A DNA stretch of 64,000 bases from Gemmatimonadota bacterium. Lineage in GTDB: Bacteria > Gemmatimonadota > Gemmatimonadetes > Longimicrobiales > Gaopeijiaceae. Numbering within the stretch: the stretch's first letter is position 1; each line of letters starts with the position of its first letter. Positions 18,521 through 28,795 of the stretch are shown piece by piece. The stretch is taken from NCBI GenBank assembly GCA_039589315.1, contig JBDHHQ010000011.1, positions 1 to 64,000 on the forward strand, in the 5' to 3' direction. Below the pieces are notes generated by a model, which searched no databases, was not told where the DNA came from, and was given only the letters and a program-made list of their open reading frames with translations. A program made the position numbers and the translations under genes.

Positions 18521-20521
18521 TCAGGAACGGCGTTGGCTCCTGCGTTCCTCACGCTCCAGCAGCGCCTGAAACCTGGGGTCGTCTCGAAGAGGATCCCAGG
18601 CCGGATCGATCTCCACCCGAGCGACGGCCAGGTACCGCTGCTCCGTGACGAGCTTCTCCAGCGTGGTGATCGCCCTGTCGTGTTCTCCGACGGCGGCGCA
18701 TACCTCCGCGAGGGACTGGAGGTAGAGGAGCCCGTCCAGCGCGTTGCTCGCGGCGTGCGCGAGCTCGACAGCCTTCTCGGCTTCCCGAATGGCGTCCTCG
18801 TCCTGGCCGAGCCCCCGGTAGGCGCGGCTCAAATGACGACGCGCCGCGTAGTCCCCCGGCTCCGCCCGGAGCACCTCTTCGAGCATCACCCTCGCCGAGT
18901 CGTCGTGGGCTCGCGCGGCTTCGGATTCGCCCGCGAGCCTCAGCGCCTCCGCCTTCAGGACGAGCGTTTGCGGAGACTCCGGATCCGCTTCCATCACGCT
19001 CAGCAGTCCGACCGCCTCGGTGTATCGCTGTTCGAGCATGGAGACCGTCGCGCGGTAACGCAGTTGTGTCGAGGACACGGCGCCGATCGCCTGGGCGCGC
19101 GCCAGCACGTCCCGGGCTCGCGCGAGGTTCCCGGCCCGCAGGGCCGCGGCTGCCGCCACCGAATAGTAGGCCGAGTTCCCGGGGCGCAAAGAAACGGCTC
19201 GCTCGAACTGATCGTGCGCTTCGTCGAACCGGCCCGTAACCGCATAAGAGCTGACGAGGTGGTAGCGAAGGTCCGCATACCTGGGGGAAAGCTCGATGGC
19301 GCGGTCGAGAACGTCGACGGAATCGTCGAAGCGGCCAATGCGGCGGAGGATGATCGACTTCGGCTCGAGGATCTCCACGCTGTTGGGGGTCAGCTGTTCG
19401 GCTTTCTCGAGTGCTGCCAACGCCAATCCGTAGTCTGAATTGCACCGATACTGGTACCAAGCCTCCGACGTGTGGGCCTCAGCCTCGTCCGGGTCCAGCT
19501 CGAGGGCCCGTTCAATCGCTTCCTTCGCCCACTCACAGTGCTCCTCGGCCGTCGCGGCGCCCGGGACCTCCTGGTTCCAACGAGCGAGGTACCAGTACAG
19601 CGCCGAGTGAGCAGTCGAGAGTCGGGCGTGGGCCGCCGCGAACTCCGGGTCGAGCTCGATCGCCTGGTCGAGCATTTGGATGGCCACCAGCTCTTCCCAG
19701 GTCTCATCCAGGTATTGCCTCGATCGGACGTACAGCTCATACGCCTCGAGGTTGTCGGTGAGCGGCTTCTCGATTCGTCGACGCTCGACACCGGTAAGCT
19801 GCGCAGCGAGGGCCCGGGCGACGTTCTCCGCCACCTGCGCCTGGATCGCGAAAAGGCTCTGCGTGGTAAGCTCGCGATCGTATTCCTCCGCCCACATGGG
19901 TCCGTCAGTTCGGGCATCGACGAGCTGGGCGCTGATGCGGACGGCCCCACCGGCACGCTGCACCGAGCACTCCATGATCGTCGCCACGTTCAACGCCTCG
20001 GCGATGCGGCGGAGGTTGTCGGCCACGCCACGGTATTCCATCACCGAGGTGCGGGAGATCGGAGTGACCCCACTGATCTTGGACAGATGGGTGAGGATGT
20101 CGTTGTGGACACCGTCGACGAAGGCGCTGTTGTCTTCGTCGCCGCCGATATTGGCACACGGCAGCACGGCGACCGTATTCGGCTCCGGTTGGAACGAGGC
20201 CGTCCGGGCCGAGGCGGGCTCTCCCCCGCGGGCGGCCCACCAGGAGAGTCCAACGGCCACGACCCCCAGTCCGGCCAACGTTGCGAGCTCGGCCGCGGTG
20301 ACCCTCTGTCGGCCGCTCTCCCCGTGGTGCCACCCGACCACCAGCACGGCGACGAACCCCACACCGAGCAGAACGGTGATAACACGCAGGAGCGGGGTCG
20401 GCCAGTCGAAGACGCCGCCGATCGCCAGCAGTACCTCGTACGTGACCCAGGCGGCCGCCGCGTAGGCAACCGCCCACTGGACGAGCTTGCGCTGCTTCAG
20501 GCGGTCGAACAGGGAAGGCAT
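18521..20521 (-). CDS. Membrane-anchored TolB-N-like/TPR repeat protein
   Basis: LKQRKLVQWAVAY leader, VAVLPC.N, AYELY, TPRs and DPAWDPLRDDPRF tail. Confidence 0.88.
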   Translation of the reverse strand: MPSLFDRLKQRKLVQWAVAYAAAAWVTYEVLLAIGGVFDWPTPLLRVITVLLGVGFVAVLVVGWHHGESGRQRVTAAELATLAGLGVVAVGLSWWAARGGEPASARTASFQPEPNTVAVLPCANIGGDEDNSAFVDGVHNDILTHLSKISGVTPISRTSVMEYRGVADNLRRIAEALNVATIMECSVQRAGGAVRISAQLVDARTDGPMWAEEYDRELTTQSLFAIQAQVAENVARALAAQLTGVERRRIEKPLTDNLEAYELYVRSRQYLDETWEELVAIQMLDQAIELDPEFAAAHARLSTAHSALYWYLARWNQEVPGAATAEEHCEWAKEAIERALELDPDEAEAHTSEAWYQYRCNSDYGLALAALEKAEQLTPNSVEILEPKSIILRRIGRFDDSVDVLDRAIELSPRYADLRYHLVSSYAVTGRFDEAHDQFERAVSLRPGNSAYYSVAAAAALRAGNLARARDVLARAQAIGAVSSTQLRYRATVSMLEQRYTEAVGLLSVMEADPESPQTLVLKAEALRLAGESEAARAHDDSARVMLEEVLRAEPGDYAARRHLSRAYRGLGQDEDAIREAEKAVELAHAASNALDGLLYLQSLAEVCAAVGEHDRAITTLEKLVTEQRYLAVARVEIDPAWDPLRDDPRFQALLEREERRSQRRS

Positions 20522-20672
20522 CAGCCAGAGCAGTTGATGGGACGCTCTCTCTCACGACCCCGCTAGCCTGTACTCCACCACCTCGCCCCTAGCCGTCTGG
20601 TGGCTGGGGTGATCGTAGGTGTCCTCGATGCGGTGCGACGGTCTCCCGGCACAGTTGTGAGGGCCTTGGGCG

Positions 20673-20837
20673 TCAGCTCTTCTTCTTCGTCTTGACCATC
20701 ACATTTCCGAATACCCGCTCGACCTTCGTGCTCTTGCACTCTGGGCACTTGGGCTGTGAGGTCCCGTGCTCGGAGATGTGCTCGGTGACGGAGAAGTCCT
20801 TCTCACAGTCGACGCAGTGATAATCGTAGGTGGGCAT
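20673..20837 (-). CDS. FmdB-family zinc-ribbon protein
   Basis: MPTYDYHCVDC...CPEC; GGAGG RBS. Confidence 0.88.
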   Translation of the reverse strand: MPTYDYHCVDCEKDFSVTEHISEHGTSQPKCPECKSTKVERVFGNVMVKTKKKS

Positions 20838-20929
20838 CGTGGTCCTCCGGGCTAAGCGGTGCAGGTCCGGTGATCTTAGCTGATGAGGACGCACCCGGCC
20901 ATGTGTCGAGGCACCGGCGGGTGTGACGA

Positions 20930-21424
20930 CTACCGGGCGCCCTTGGTGCGAAAGACCAGCCGCTGAAGGACCCGCGCTATGTAGCCTCCGACATTCGGGT
21001 CACTGGCCAGGCCGTCCCCACGGATCTGTGTGCCGCTCAGCCGAAATCCCAGGAGATCGAGGGGAACGCTCTCGGCACATCGTTCGCCCAGCAGCAGGCT
21101 TCGGTCGACGAGGAAACCGTTGCACGGCGTGCAGTACCACATCTCGGCACCCTCGACGGTGCCGGGGCGGAGCGTGCTCGTTCTACACTTCGGGCAGGAC
21201 AGCAACTCTCCGGCTGTGGGCGTGAATCCATGCCTGAGCAGCGCTTCCGGAGGACATTGATACCCCTCCTCACGGAACATCTGGAAGAGCTCACCCCGGT
21301 CGAGGAACAGCGCGGAGCATCCATCGCAGAAGTCGACCTGGAGCCTGGCCCGAACCCAGGTCTCCAGCCTTCCGGAGCACAGCGGACAGTCGATCCCAGA
21401 GGGCGGAACATGGCCAGGTGTCAT
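20930..21424 (-). CDS. zf-TFIIB-type double zinc-ribbon protein
   Basis: CPLC..VDFCDGC.ALFLDRGEL and CPKC..YCTPCNG. Confidence 0.75.
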   Translation of the reverse strand: MTPGHVPPSGIDCPLCSGRLETWVRARLQVDFCDGCSALFLDRGELFQMFREEGYQCPPEALLRHGFTPTAGELLSCPKCRTSTLRPGTVEGAEMWYCTPCNGFLVDRSLLLGERCAESVPLDLLGFRLSGTQIRGDGLASDPNVGGYIARVLQRLVFRTKGAR

Positions 21425-21499
21425 GAGAGCTTCCTCGATCCAGCCCACTCGATGCGTTCGATCGGCACGGTGAAGCGGCTGGCGAGGCCCGAGACCGTG

Positions 21500-22782
21500 T
21501 CAACCCGAGTGTACTGCGCGTCGGGCTGCTGTGCCAAGCACTTCGTGCTGCATGACCCGGTCGCAAGTCCAGAGGCTCACGTGCCGCTGGACGTCTGGTC
21601 GTGCCTCTCCCTGCCCGACGCTGCCTGCCGTGGGCCGGCGCAGTTGCCACTCGAGCACCGTGATGTTGTGCTCCTCGCAGATCTCCTTCAGTTGATCCGG
21701 CCACACGGTGACGCTCACCTCGCCCAGATGCGCCTTGCGGAGCAGCAGCATGTAGGTGCGAGACTGGCCGATGCCGCCGCCGATGCTGAGCGGGATCTCG
21801 TCGTTCATGATGGCCTGGTGGTAGGGCCGCTCCAGGTCGTCCATCTGGTCGCTCATCTCGAGCTGCTCGACCAGCGTCTCCTTGGTGACGCGGACGCCCA
21901 TGGACGTCAGCTCGTGGCGGCGCTTCGTGACCGGATTCCACACCAGGATGTCGCCGTTCAGGCCGTGCGTGTCCTTGCCCGTCTCGGCGGAGGTGTCCGT
22001 GACCCAGTCGTCGTAGTCCGCAGCCCGCATCTCGTGGGGATATCCGTCCGCCAGGGGCCAGCCGATCCCGTAGATGAAGATCGCCGGGTGCTCCTGCATG
22101 ATTCTCGTCTCGCGCTGCTTGCGGGGGAGATCCGGGTACATCTCGAGGATCTCCTCCGCGTGCAGGAATACGAGCTCCTCCGGGAGGCGGGGATAACGCG
22201 GATCGTCGAGAGCCGGATATCTGGCGAACGCGTAGTCCTGGGCGCCCTTCAGCACCTTCCAGATCCGCTGTACCGTGTCCTCGAGGAACGCCAGATTCCT
22301 CTGGTCCGCCGTGATGACCTTCTCCCAGTCCCACTGGTCCACGTACGAGTTGTGGTCGTGATCCAGGAAGTAGTCCTTGCGGATCGCCTTCATGTCGGTG
22401 TTGATCCCCTCGCCCGGGGCGCAGTCGAACTGCTTCAGCGCCATCCGCTTCCACTTGGTGGCTGCCTGGACCACGCTGGCCCGAATCGGCTCCTCGAGAC
22501 CCAGTCCGCGTTGAACTCGACCGGTGAGCGCGACCCGTCCCGGTCCAGCATGTCGTTGACGCCGCTGTCCACGCGGACGATCAGCGGGACCTGGACCATC
22601 ATGAGGTTGAGCTCGCGGGCCAGGCCGTCCTCGATGTACCGCTTCACGTCGAAAAGGGCCTTCATCGTTTCCTTCTTGCCGAGGAGCGGTTCGTAGTCCG
22701 AAGGCAGGATCTTGGCCACCTCCTCGTAGGTGCTCACGCCGGGTCCGGCGAGGTCGGCTTTCTTGTCGGCGATCGCGCTCAT
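21500..22782 (-). pseudogene. asnA: Aspartate--ammonia ligase (asparagine synthetase A), frameshifted
   Basis: SGVNDMLD in one frame; VVQAATKWKR, YVDQWDWE and SIGGGIGQSR in another; 1-nt loss near 22509. Confidence 0.88.
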
Positions 22783-22941
22783 GGTCATCACTCCGTGGTG
22801 GGTATCGAGCCCGGCCGTGAGGCCCGGTCGCTCCGATCGAACGTCATGAAGTCGTACCCAAGGAGCCGCTCCAATTCTCATGGGGCGGTCCCCGTGAGTC
22901 CAGCTTGATACCTGTAATCACGGGAGCGGCCGTACCGCCGT

Positions 22942-22993
22942 AAGGGCCTCGGACACCCACAAGGGGCCTCGGATCGCCGCAAGGACCTCGGAC
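22942..22993. repeat. Three ~20-bp-spaced direct repeats AAGG(G/A)CCTCGGA
   Basis: Copies at 22942, 22961 and 22981, upstream of asnA. Confidence 0.6.
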
Positions 22994-23020
22994 CCCGCCG
23001 CCGCCTCGCCCGAACCAGCC

Positions 23021-25243
23021 TCACGGTGCCAGAAACCCCGGCCGCGGTATCCCAGTGGACCTGCGGCGCCCGATCAGAACGATCGGTACGTCGGTCTCGT
23101 GGGCGACCGCCAGCGGGAGCTCGCCGAGCAGCCGGTAGCCCCGACGCTGCCGCTGCATCCCCAGGATCACGAGGTCCGTGTCCGCTGCGCGCTGGATAAT
23201 CGCCTCCAGCGGCCGATCCGCTTCGTCGATGGCGACCTCGTAGGGGCCGGCCGCCTCGTCCCGCGCGAGCCGCCGAAGATCGCGTTCGTACCGCCGTTGC
23301 GACTCGCGCGGAGCATTCGACGGAAGCGAGCCCAGGAACGTCAGCGACCGCTCCCGGGAGCGTGAGAGGCTCGCGATCAAGCGGGCGCGAAGGTGACTGT
23401 GGTCGCTTCGGCCGCCCAGCGGCACGAGCACCCGGCTGGCGTCGGCCATTCTCCAGCGATGAGGGGCCCGGAGAACGACGACGTCGGCGTCCAGATCGGC
23501 GATCAGGCCTTCCAACTTGGCCTCGACCCCGGGGCTCGTGAGGTTGGGGAGCCCGAGCAGCACGGTCTCACAGCGGTGCAGTCGCGCCACGCGCTCGATC
23601 TCCGGCCAGACGTCAGGGGAGATCGTGAACAACGTCTCGGCCGCGAGAGAGGCCTGGAAGCTGCGTCGGAGCGACTCGCCCAGAATGCGCTCGGCGTCCT
23701 GGAGGGCAGGGTCGCGCTCGTCCAAAGAGTCGCTGAGCGTGCGAACGACGGACAGCAGCAGGATGCGGCCGACGCCGGGCGTGCGGAGTGTCGCCGCGAC
23801 GTCGACCAGGCTCGCGGCGCTGGCCGGATTCGCGATGGGTACGAGGACCAGCGGGCTCCGACCCCGCAGACGCGCCAGGTCCGGATCCTTCGCCTCGGCA
23901 GAAGCGTCGGCCAGCCGCGCTCCGGACGCGAACATCGTGAGGTACAGGGCCACGCCGATCACCAGCCACAACACCACAACGCTCCCGGCCTGGGGCACGG
24001 CGAACGCCTGGAAGACCGCGAGACCCAGGCACAGCGCCGCGCCCAGCAGCGGCAGTGCGGGAGACTGCCCCTCGCCCGATCGATGTCCGGCCAGGATCGC
24101 CGCCCAGTGGACCATGGCGAAGCTGATCAGAAAGATGAGGCTCGAGGCGGCCCCGGCCGCGGCCACGTTTCCCACGGCGATGGCGACCACCGCCACCATC
24201 ACTCCGGTAACCCCAACCGCGATGGCAGGCGTCCCGCTGGCTCCGCGCATCCGTCCGAGGCCATGCGGTAGCGTTCGGTCGCGTGCCATGGCGAACGCGA
24301 CCCGGGAGGCGCCGAGGAGGTTGGCGCTCAGGGCGGAGGCCATGGAGAGGACTCCGGCCACGATCACGAGCCAGAAGCCCGTCGGTCCCAGGAACCTCTC
24401 GGCGGCCTCCGCGACGAGGCCCTCGGGATTGGCCCTCGCGGCCTCCGCGATCCCGCCCTCCGGCGCGCCCACCGTGGCCATGATGAACAGCAGCGGGAGG
24501 TAAATGGCCAGGGCGCACCCGAGAGACAGATACATGGCGCGGGGTACGTTCCGGGCAGGCTCCTTGACCTCGCCGCCCACGGCCGCGATCAGGTCGAAGC
24601 CCTGCAGGGCGATGAACGTGTAGCCCATGGCCTGGAGCAAGCCGACCGGGCCCGACGGCAGGAACGGGCTCAACCGGCCCACCAGCTCGGGTGGTGAGTC
24701 GCTGAGCCAGGCCCAAGCGCCGGCGGCGAGCAGGACAGCGAACAGGACCACCTTGCCCACCGTCTCCACGTAGCCGCCACCTCGCGCCCGATACACCAGC
24801 GCTAGGGTATAGAGCGCCACGGCGGCCACCGCGATTCTGATCCGTACGGCCCCGACCTGCAGGGACTCCCGTGGGCTGCCCACCTCCTGGAACGCGCGTG
24901 CGACTCCTTCCGCCGCAAAGGCGGCAAAGCCCAGCGCGTAGAGGACGGCCGCCAACACCGAGGCGAACCACACCACCCAGCCCACCACGAAGGCGACCTC
25001 GATGGAGAGCACCTTCTTCGCGTAGGTGTAGGTGCCCCCCGATTCTGGAAAGCGCCGAGCCAGGCGAGCGAAGCTCGCCACGGTGAGGAACGCCAGGGCG
25101 CCGTTGAGTCCGAAGGCCAGGATCGCCCCGGGGCCGGTGACCGCGAACGCCACGCCCGCGAGCGCGAGGATGCCGCCGCCGACGATGGCGCCGACGCCGA
25201 GCGCCGTAGCGCCGAAGAGGCCCAGGTGTCGTTCGTGTACCAT
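23021..25243 (-). CDS. APC-family amino acid permease with C-terminal USP-like domains
   Basis: GVGAIVGGGI, PESGGTY, GGEVKEPARNVP; VLVPIANP and ADTDLVILG. Confidence 0.9.
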   Translation of the reverse strand: MVHERHLGLFGATALGVGAIVGGGILALAGVAFAVTGPGAILAFGLNGALAFLTVASFARLARRFPESGGTYTYAKKVLSIEVAFVVGWVVWFASVLAAVLYALGFAAFAAEGVARAFQEVGSPRESLQVGAVRIRIAVAAVALYTLALVYRARGGGYVETVGKVVLFAVLLAAGAWAWLSDSPPELVGRLSPFLPSGPVGLLQAMGYTFIALQGFDLIAAVGGEVKEPARNVPRAMYLSLGCALAIYLPLLFIMATVGAPEGGIAEAARANPEGLVAEAAERFLGPTGFWLVIVAGVLSMASALSANLLGASRVAFAMARDRTLPHGLGRMRGASGTPAIAVGVTGVMVAVVAIAVGNVAAAGAASSLIFLISFAMVHWAAILAGHRSGEGQSPALPLLGAALCLGLAVFQAFAVPQAGSVVVLWLVIGVALYLTMFASGARLADASAEAKDPDLARLRGRSPLVLVPIANPASAASLVDVAATLRTPGVGRILLLSVVRTLSDSLDERDPALQDAERILGESLRRSFQASLAAETLFTISPDVWPEIERVARLHRCETVLLGLPNLTSPGVEAKLEGLIADLDADVVVLRAPHRWRMADASRVLVPLGGRSDHSHLRARLIASLSRSRERSLTFLGSLPSNAPRESQRRYERDLRRLARDEAAGPYEVAIDEADRPLEAIIQRAADTDLVILGMQRQRRGYRLLGELPLAVAHETDVPIVLIGRRRSTGIPRPGFLAP

Positions 25244-25353
25244 CAGCGAGTCATTGGGGAACGGAGCTCGGTCGATTGGGGCGGATGTGCATGGTACCGG
25301 TCGGAAGCCGCGGTCGCATGCCCCGGCCGAGCACAACCGTGGCGCATCCTCCC

Positions 25354-25523
25354 GTGATTCGCCAGCGCTCCCCGGCAGTTGGCTGTCGGCATGCGCCAGC
25401 GCCGCTCGTCGGTCGGCCCTCGGCATGCGCCAGCGCGCTTGGCCTGCCCGCCTTGGAGATGCGCCAGCGCTCCTGGTCGGTCGGCTTTCGCGATGGGCCT
25501 GCGCTCCTCGTCCGTTTGCCCTC
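25354..25523. repeat. Five degenerate 34-bp tandem repeats (intergenic)
   Basis: Units at 25354, 25388, 25422, 25456 and 25490 with core ATGCGCCAGCGC. Confidence 0.8.
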
Positions 25524-25627
25524 CCGGCGGGTCTGCTCGACATTCCGGTGGACCCGGCCGGATGACCGCCCGGCTCACCGAACGCGCCTCGCGACAGGCA
25601 CTCGGGAGAGGGAGGGGGACAGGCCTC

Positions 25628-26908
25628 GTGGACTTCATCGCCATCCTGACGGTTACCTCGGCGTTCATCGTCTACGGGCTGATCAGCGGCAGGATCCGGG
25701 GGTCCATCTTCACCGGGCCCATGCTGTTCACAGCAGCGGGGCTGCTCGCGGGCTCAGCGGTACTCGGCCTCGTGCCCGTGGACCTCGGCCACGAAGGGCT
25801 GCACACGCTGGCCGAGATCACGCTGATCCTGGTCCTCTTTTCGGACGCGGCGAGCATAGACCTCGAGCAGCTGCGTCGCGACCACGATCTGCCGGTACGC
25901 ATGCTGCTGCTGGGTATGCCGTTGAGCATTGCCCTGGGGACCGCGGCGGCGGTTCTGTTCTTCACGGACTTCGGACCGTGGGAGGCAGCGCTGCTGGCTG
26001 CCATCCTCGCGCCCACCGACGCTGCGCTGGGACAGGCCGTGGTGACGAACCACACGGTCCCGGTGCGCATCCGACAAGCCCTCAACGTGGAGAGCGGCCT
26101 CAACGACGGCGTTGCCCTGCCGTTCGTGCTGATCTTCGCCAGCCTGGCCAGCGCCGGCGTGGCGAGCGCCAGTGCCGAAGCCGGGGATCCCGCCGACTGG
26201 CTGACGTTCGGGGTGATGCAGGTCGTGCTGGGCCCCCTGGCCGGTGCGCTGGTCGGTTACGCTGGCGCCAAGGCGATCGCGTTCTGCTACCGTAAGGGCT
26301 GGATGGCCACGAGCGCCGAGGGCATCGTGGCGCTCGCCCTGGCGTTCACGGCGTTCGGCTTCGCAGAGCTGGTGCACGGGAACGGCTTCATCGCGGCGTT
26401 CGTCGGAGGCCTCTTCTTCGGCAACACCCTCAAGCAGAAGTGCGAGTTCCTCTACGAGTTCACGGAAACCGAAGGCACGATCCTGGTCCTGGCCACCTTC
26501 ATGGCGTTCGGGGGAGCCATGCTCCCGGAAGCGTGGAGCGATGTGACCGTAGCCCATCTGGGCTTCGCACTGGTGGCGCTGACCCTGGTCCGGATTCTGC
26601 CCGTGTGTCTGTCGCTTCTGGGCACGGGCCTGCGGCCCGTCACGTGGGGGTTCCTCGGTTGGTTCGGTCCCCGGGGACTGGCGTCGGTGCTCTTCGTTCT
26701 TCTGGTCCTCGAGCGAGTGGAGGTGCCCAACGAGGCGGGGATCTTCGCGGCCGTGGTCGTCACGGTGGCCCTCAGCATCGTGCTCCACGGGATAACCGCG
26801 GTACCCGCCGCTCGCCGGTACGCCGCGCTGACCCGGAAGATGGGGCCGTGCGAGGAGAACAAGCCGGTGAGCGAAGAGCCGTTCTCCGGGGTGATGCGCG
26901 GGCCCTGA
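25628..26908 (+). CDS. Cation:proton antiporter (CPA1/NhaP-like)
   Basis: LAPTDAALG, ESGLNDG and GWFGPRGLAS motifs. Confidence 0.92.
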   Translation: MDFIAILTVTSAFIVYGLISGRIRGSIFTGPMLFTAAGLLAGSAVLGLVPVDLGHEGLHTLAEITLILVLFSDAASIDLEQLRRDHDLPVRMLLLGMPLSIALGTAAAVLFFTDFGPWEAALLAAILAPTDAALGQAVVTNHTVPVRIRQALNVESGLNDGVALPFVLIFASLASAGVASASAEAGDPADWLTFGVMQVVLGPLAGALVGYAGAKAIAFCYRKGWMATSAEGIVALALAFTAFGFAELVHGNGFIAAFVGGLFFGNTLKQKCEFLYEFTETEGTILVLATFMAFGGAMLPEAWSDVTVAHLGFALVALTLVRILPVCLSLLGTGLRPVTWGFLGWFGPRGLASVLFVLLVLERVEVPNEAGIFAAVVVTVALSIVLHGITAVPAARRYAALTRKMGPCEENKPVSEEPFSGVMRGP

Positions 26909-27084
26909 GGCGGTGGGGCCGCCGAGTGTCCATACCTCGGCCGGCGGTCGTTTCTGTCGGGACCCGCGGACGTCCACCCGACAGACCACCCACCCCGAGC
27001 CGGCCGAAAACCGTGCGTTGCAGCCTCGTGGCGAGCCCGGATAGGTTGATGTCTCCCGCTCCCCTCCCACCGTAGACGGCTGCC

Positions 27085-28590
27085 ATGGGTCCCCACTCGC
27101 TGCTCGGGTTTCGCCAGCGAACGCTGGCCCTGTCGATGGCCGCTGTGATGGCTGGAGCATGCGCCGAACGGCCGGCCCCTCGGCCTCCCAACATCGTCTT
27201 CATCATGGCGGACGATCTCGGGTACGGTGAGCTCGGAGCCTACGGCCAGGCCAAGATCCGGACCCCGCACATCGACCGTCTAGCGGCGGAGGGGCTGCGG
27301 TTCACGCAGCATTACTCCGGGAGTCCTGTCTGTGCGCCGTCCCGAGCAGTGCTCCTCACCGGGCTTCACACCGGCCACGCATACATCCGTGGCAACGACG
27401 AGATGGCGGACCGCGGCGATGTCTGGCACGACTTGAGGCTGGAAGGCCAACGGCCGCTTCCGGAAGGCACGGTCACGGTGGCCGCGCTGCTCCAGGAGAC
27501 CGGGTACGTGACCGGTGCGATGGGCAAGTGGGGCCTGGGTGGACCGGGCAGCACGGGAGCGCCCAACAAGCAGGGATTCGACCGGTGGTACGGCTACCTC
27601 GGCCAACGGCTGGCGCACAACTACTACCCGGTGCATCTCTGGCGGGACAGCGTCGAGCACGTGCTGGAAGGGAACGACTACTTCCACCCCCACCAGGCGC
27701 TCCCCGAGACTGCGGATCCACGCGACCCGGCCTCATACGCGGCGTTTTCGGGCGAGCAGTACTCCCACGACCTCATCGCGGAGGAGGCGCTGCGCTTCAT
27801 CAGGGACAGCCAGGACCAGCCCTTCTTCCTGTACGTACCGTTCACGATCCCGCACGTGGCTCTACAGGTGCCCGAGGACGCGCTGGCCGAGTACGACGGC
27901 GAGTTCGACGAGGATCCGTACGTTGGCCCCGTGGACGGCGCGATCAGCTATCTGCCCCACCCCAGGCCCCGCTCCGCCTACGCGGCCATGATCTCACGGA
28001 TGGACCGCGACGTGGGGCGGATCCTGGCCCTTCTGGTCGAGCTCGGCTTGGACGAGCAAACGATCGTGTTCTTCACCAGCGACAACGGTCCGAGCTGGGT
28101 CGGCGGTGCCGATCCGGACTTCTTCGAGAGCCGGGGCCCGCTGCGCGGTCGCAAGGCGGAGCTCTGGGATGGGGGAATCCGGGTACCCATGGTGGTCCGT
28201 TGGCCCGGACGAATCGCTCCCGGGACCCTGACGGATCTTCTGTCCGCCTTCTGGGACGTGTTACCTACGTTGGTGGAGCTTGCCGGCGCGGCGACGCCCC
28301 CCGGGCTGGATGGCCTGTCACTCGTCCCCACGTTACTGGGGGATGAGGAGGCACAGCGCCGTCACGAGTATCTCTACTGGGAGTTCAGGGGTGGGCAGGC
28401 GGTGCGATACGGCGACTGGAAGGGGATCCGATGGCCGGGGCGCAGCGACGTCGAGTTGTACGACCTGGCCACCGACATCGGTGAGTCGCACGATGTGGCC
28501 CGGGACCATCCCCGGGTCGTGGCGCGAATCGAGGAGATCATGAGGACCGCTCGCACCGAGTCGGAGCTGTTTCCACTGGAGCACCGCTAG
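27085..28590 (+). CDS. Arylsulfatase (formylglycine-dependent)
   Basis: PNIVFIMADDLG, CAPSR, GKWGLG and FTSDNG motifs. Confidence 0.93.
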   Translation: MGPHSLLGFRQRTLALSMAAVMAGACAERPAPRPPNIVFIMADDLGYGELGAYGQAKIRTPHIDRLAAEGLRFTQHYSGSPVCAPSRAVLLTGLHTGHAYIRGNDEMADRGDVWHDLRLEGQRPLPEGTVTVAALLQETGYVTGAMGKWGLGGPGSTGAPNKQGFDRWYGYLGQRLAHNYYPVHLWRDSVEHVLEGNDYFHPHQALPETADPRDPASYAAFSGEQYSHDLIAEEALRFIRDSQDQPFFLYVPFTIPHVALQVPEDALAEYDGEFDEDPYVGPVDGAISYLPHPRPRSAYAAMISRMDRDVGRILALLVELGLDEQTIVFFTSDNGPSWVGGADPDFFESRGPLRGRKAELWDGGIRVPMVVRWPGRIAPGTLTDLLSAFWDVLPTLVELAGAATPPGLDGLSLVPTLLGDEEAQRRHEYLYWEFRGGQAVRYGDWKGIRWPGRSDVELYDLATDIGESHDVARDHPRVVARIEEIMRTARTESELFPLEHR

Positions 28591-28657
28591 CGGCGAACGG
28601 CCCCCGGGGACCTGCCGTTCGCGCCTGCCCTCGGGCGCGGTCGGGTTGCCCTGAAGC

Positions 28658-28694
28658 GGAAGCCCGCCGAAGCATCGAGCTTCGACGGGCTTCC
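28658..28694. terminator. Hairpin between convergent sulfatase and susD genes
   Basis: GGAAGCCCGCCGAAGC-loop-GCTTCGACGGGCTTCC. Confidence 0.6.
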
Positions 28695-28795
28695 TGTCCT
28701 TCCTTGGCGCCAGCTGGCACTTGCCTGCCGGCGTCCGTCTCGAGCCTCCCGGTCGTCTCCGCTACCACGGCGATCTCCACGAGACCCGCGACCGC

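Noticed and set aside
25354..25523. CRISPR array (also considered for 42361-42507)
   Set aside because: Periods of 34 and 46 bp are too short, inter-core segments are related rather than unique spacers, and no cas genes are present.
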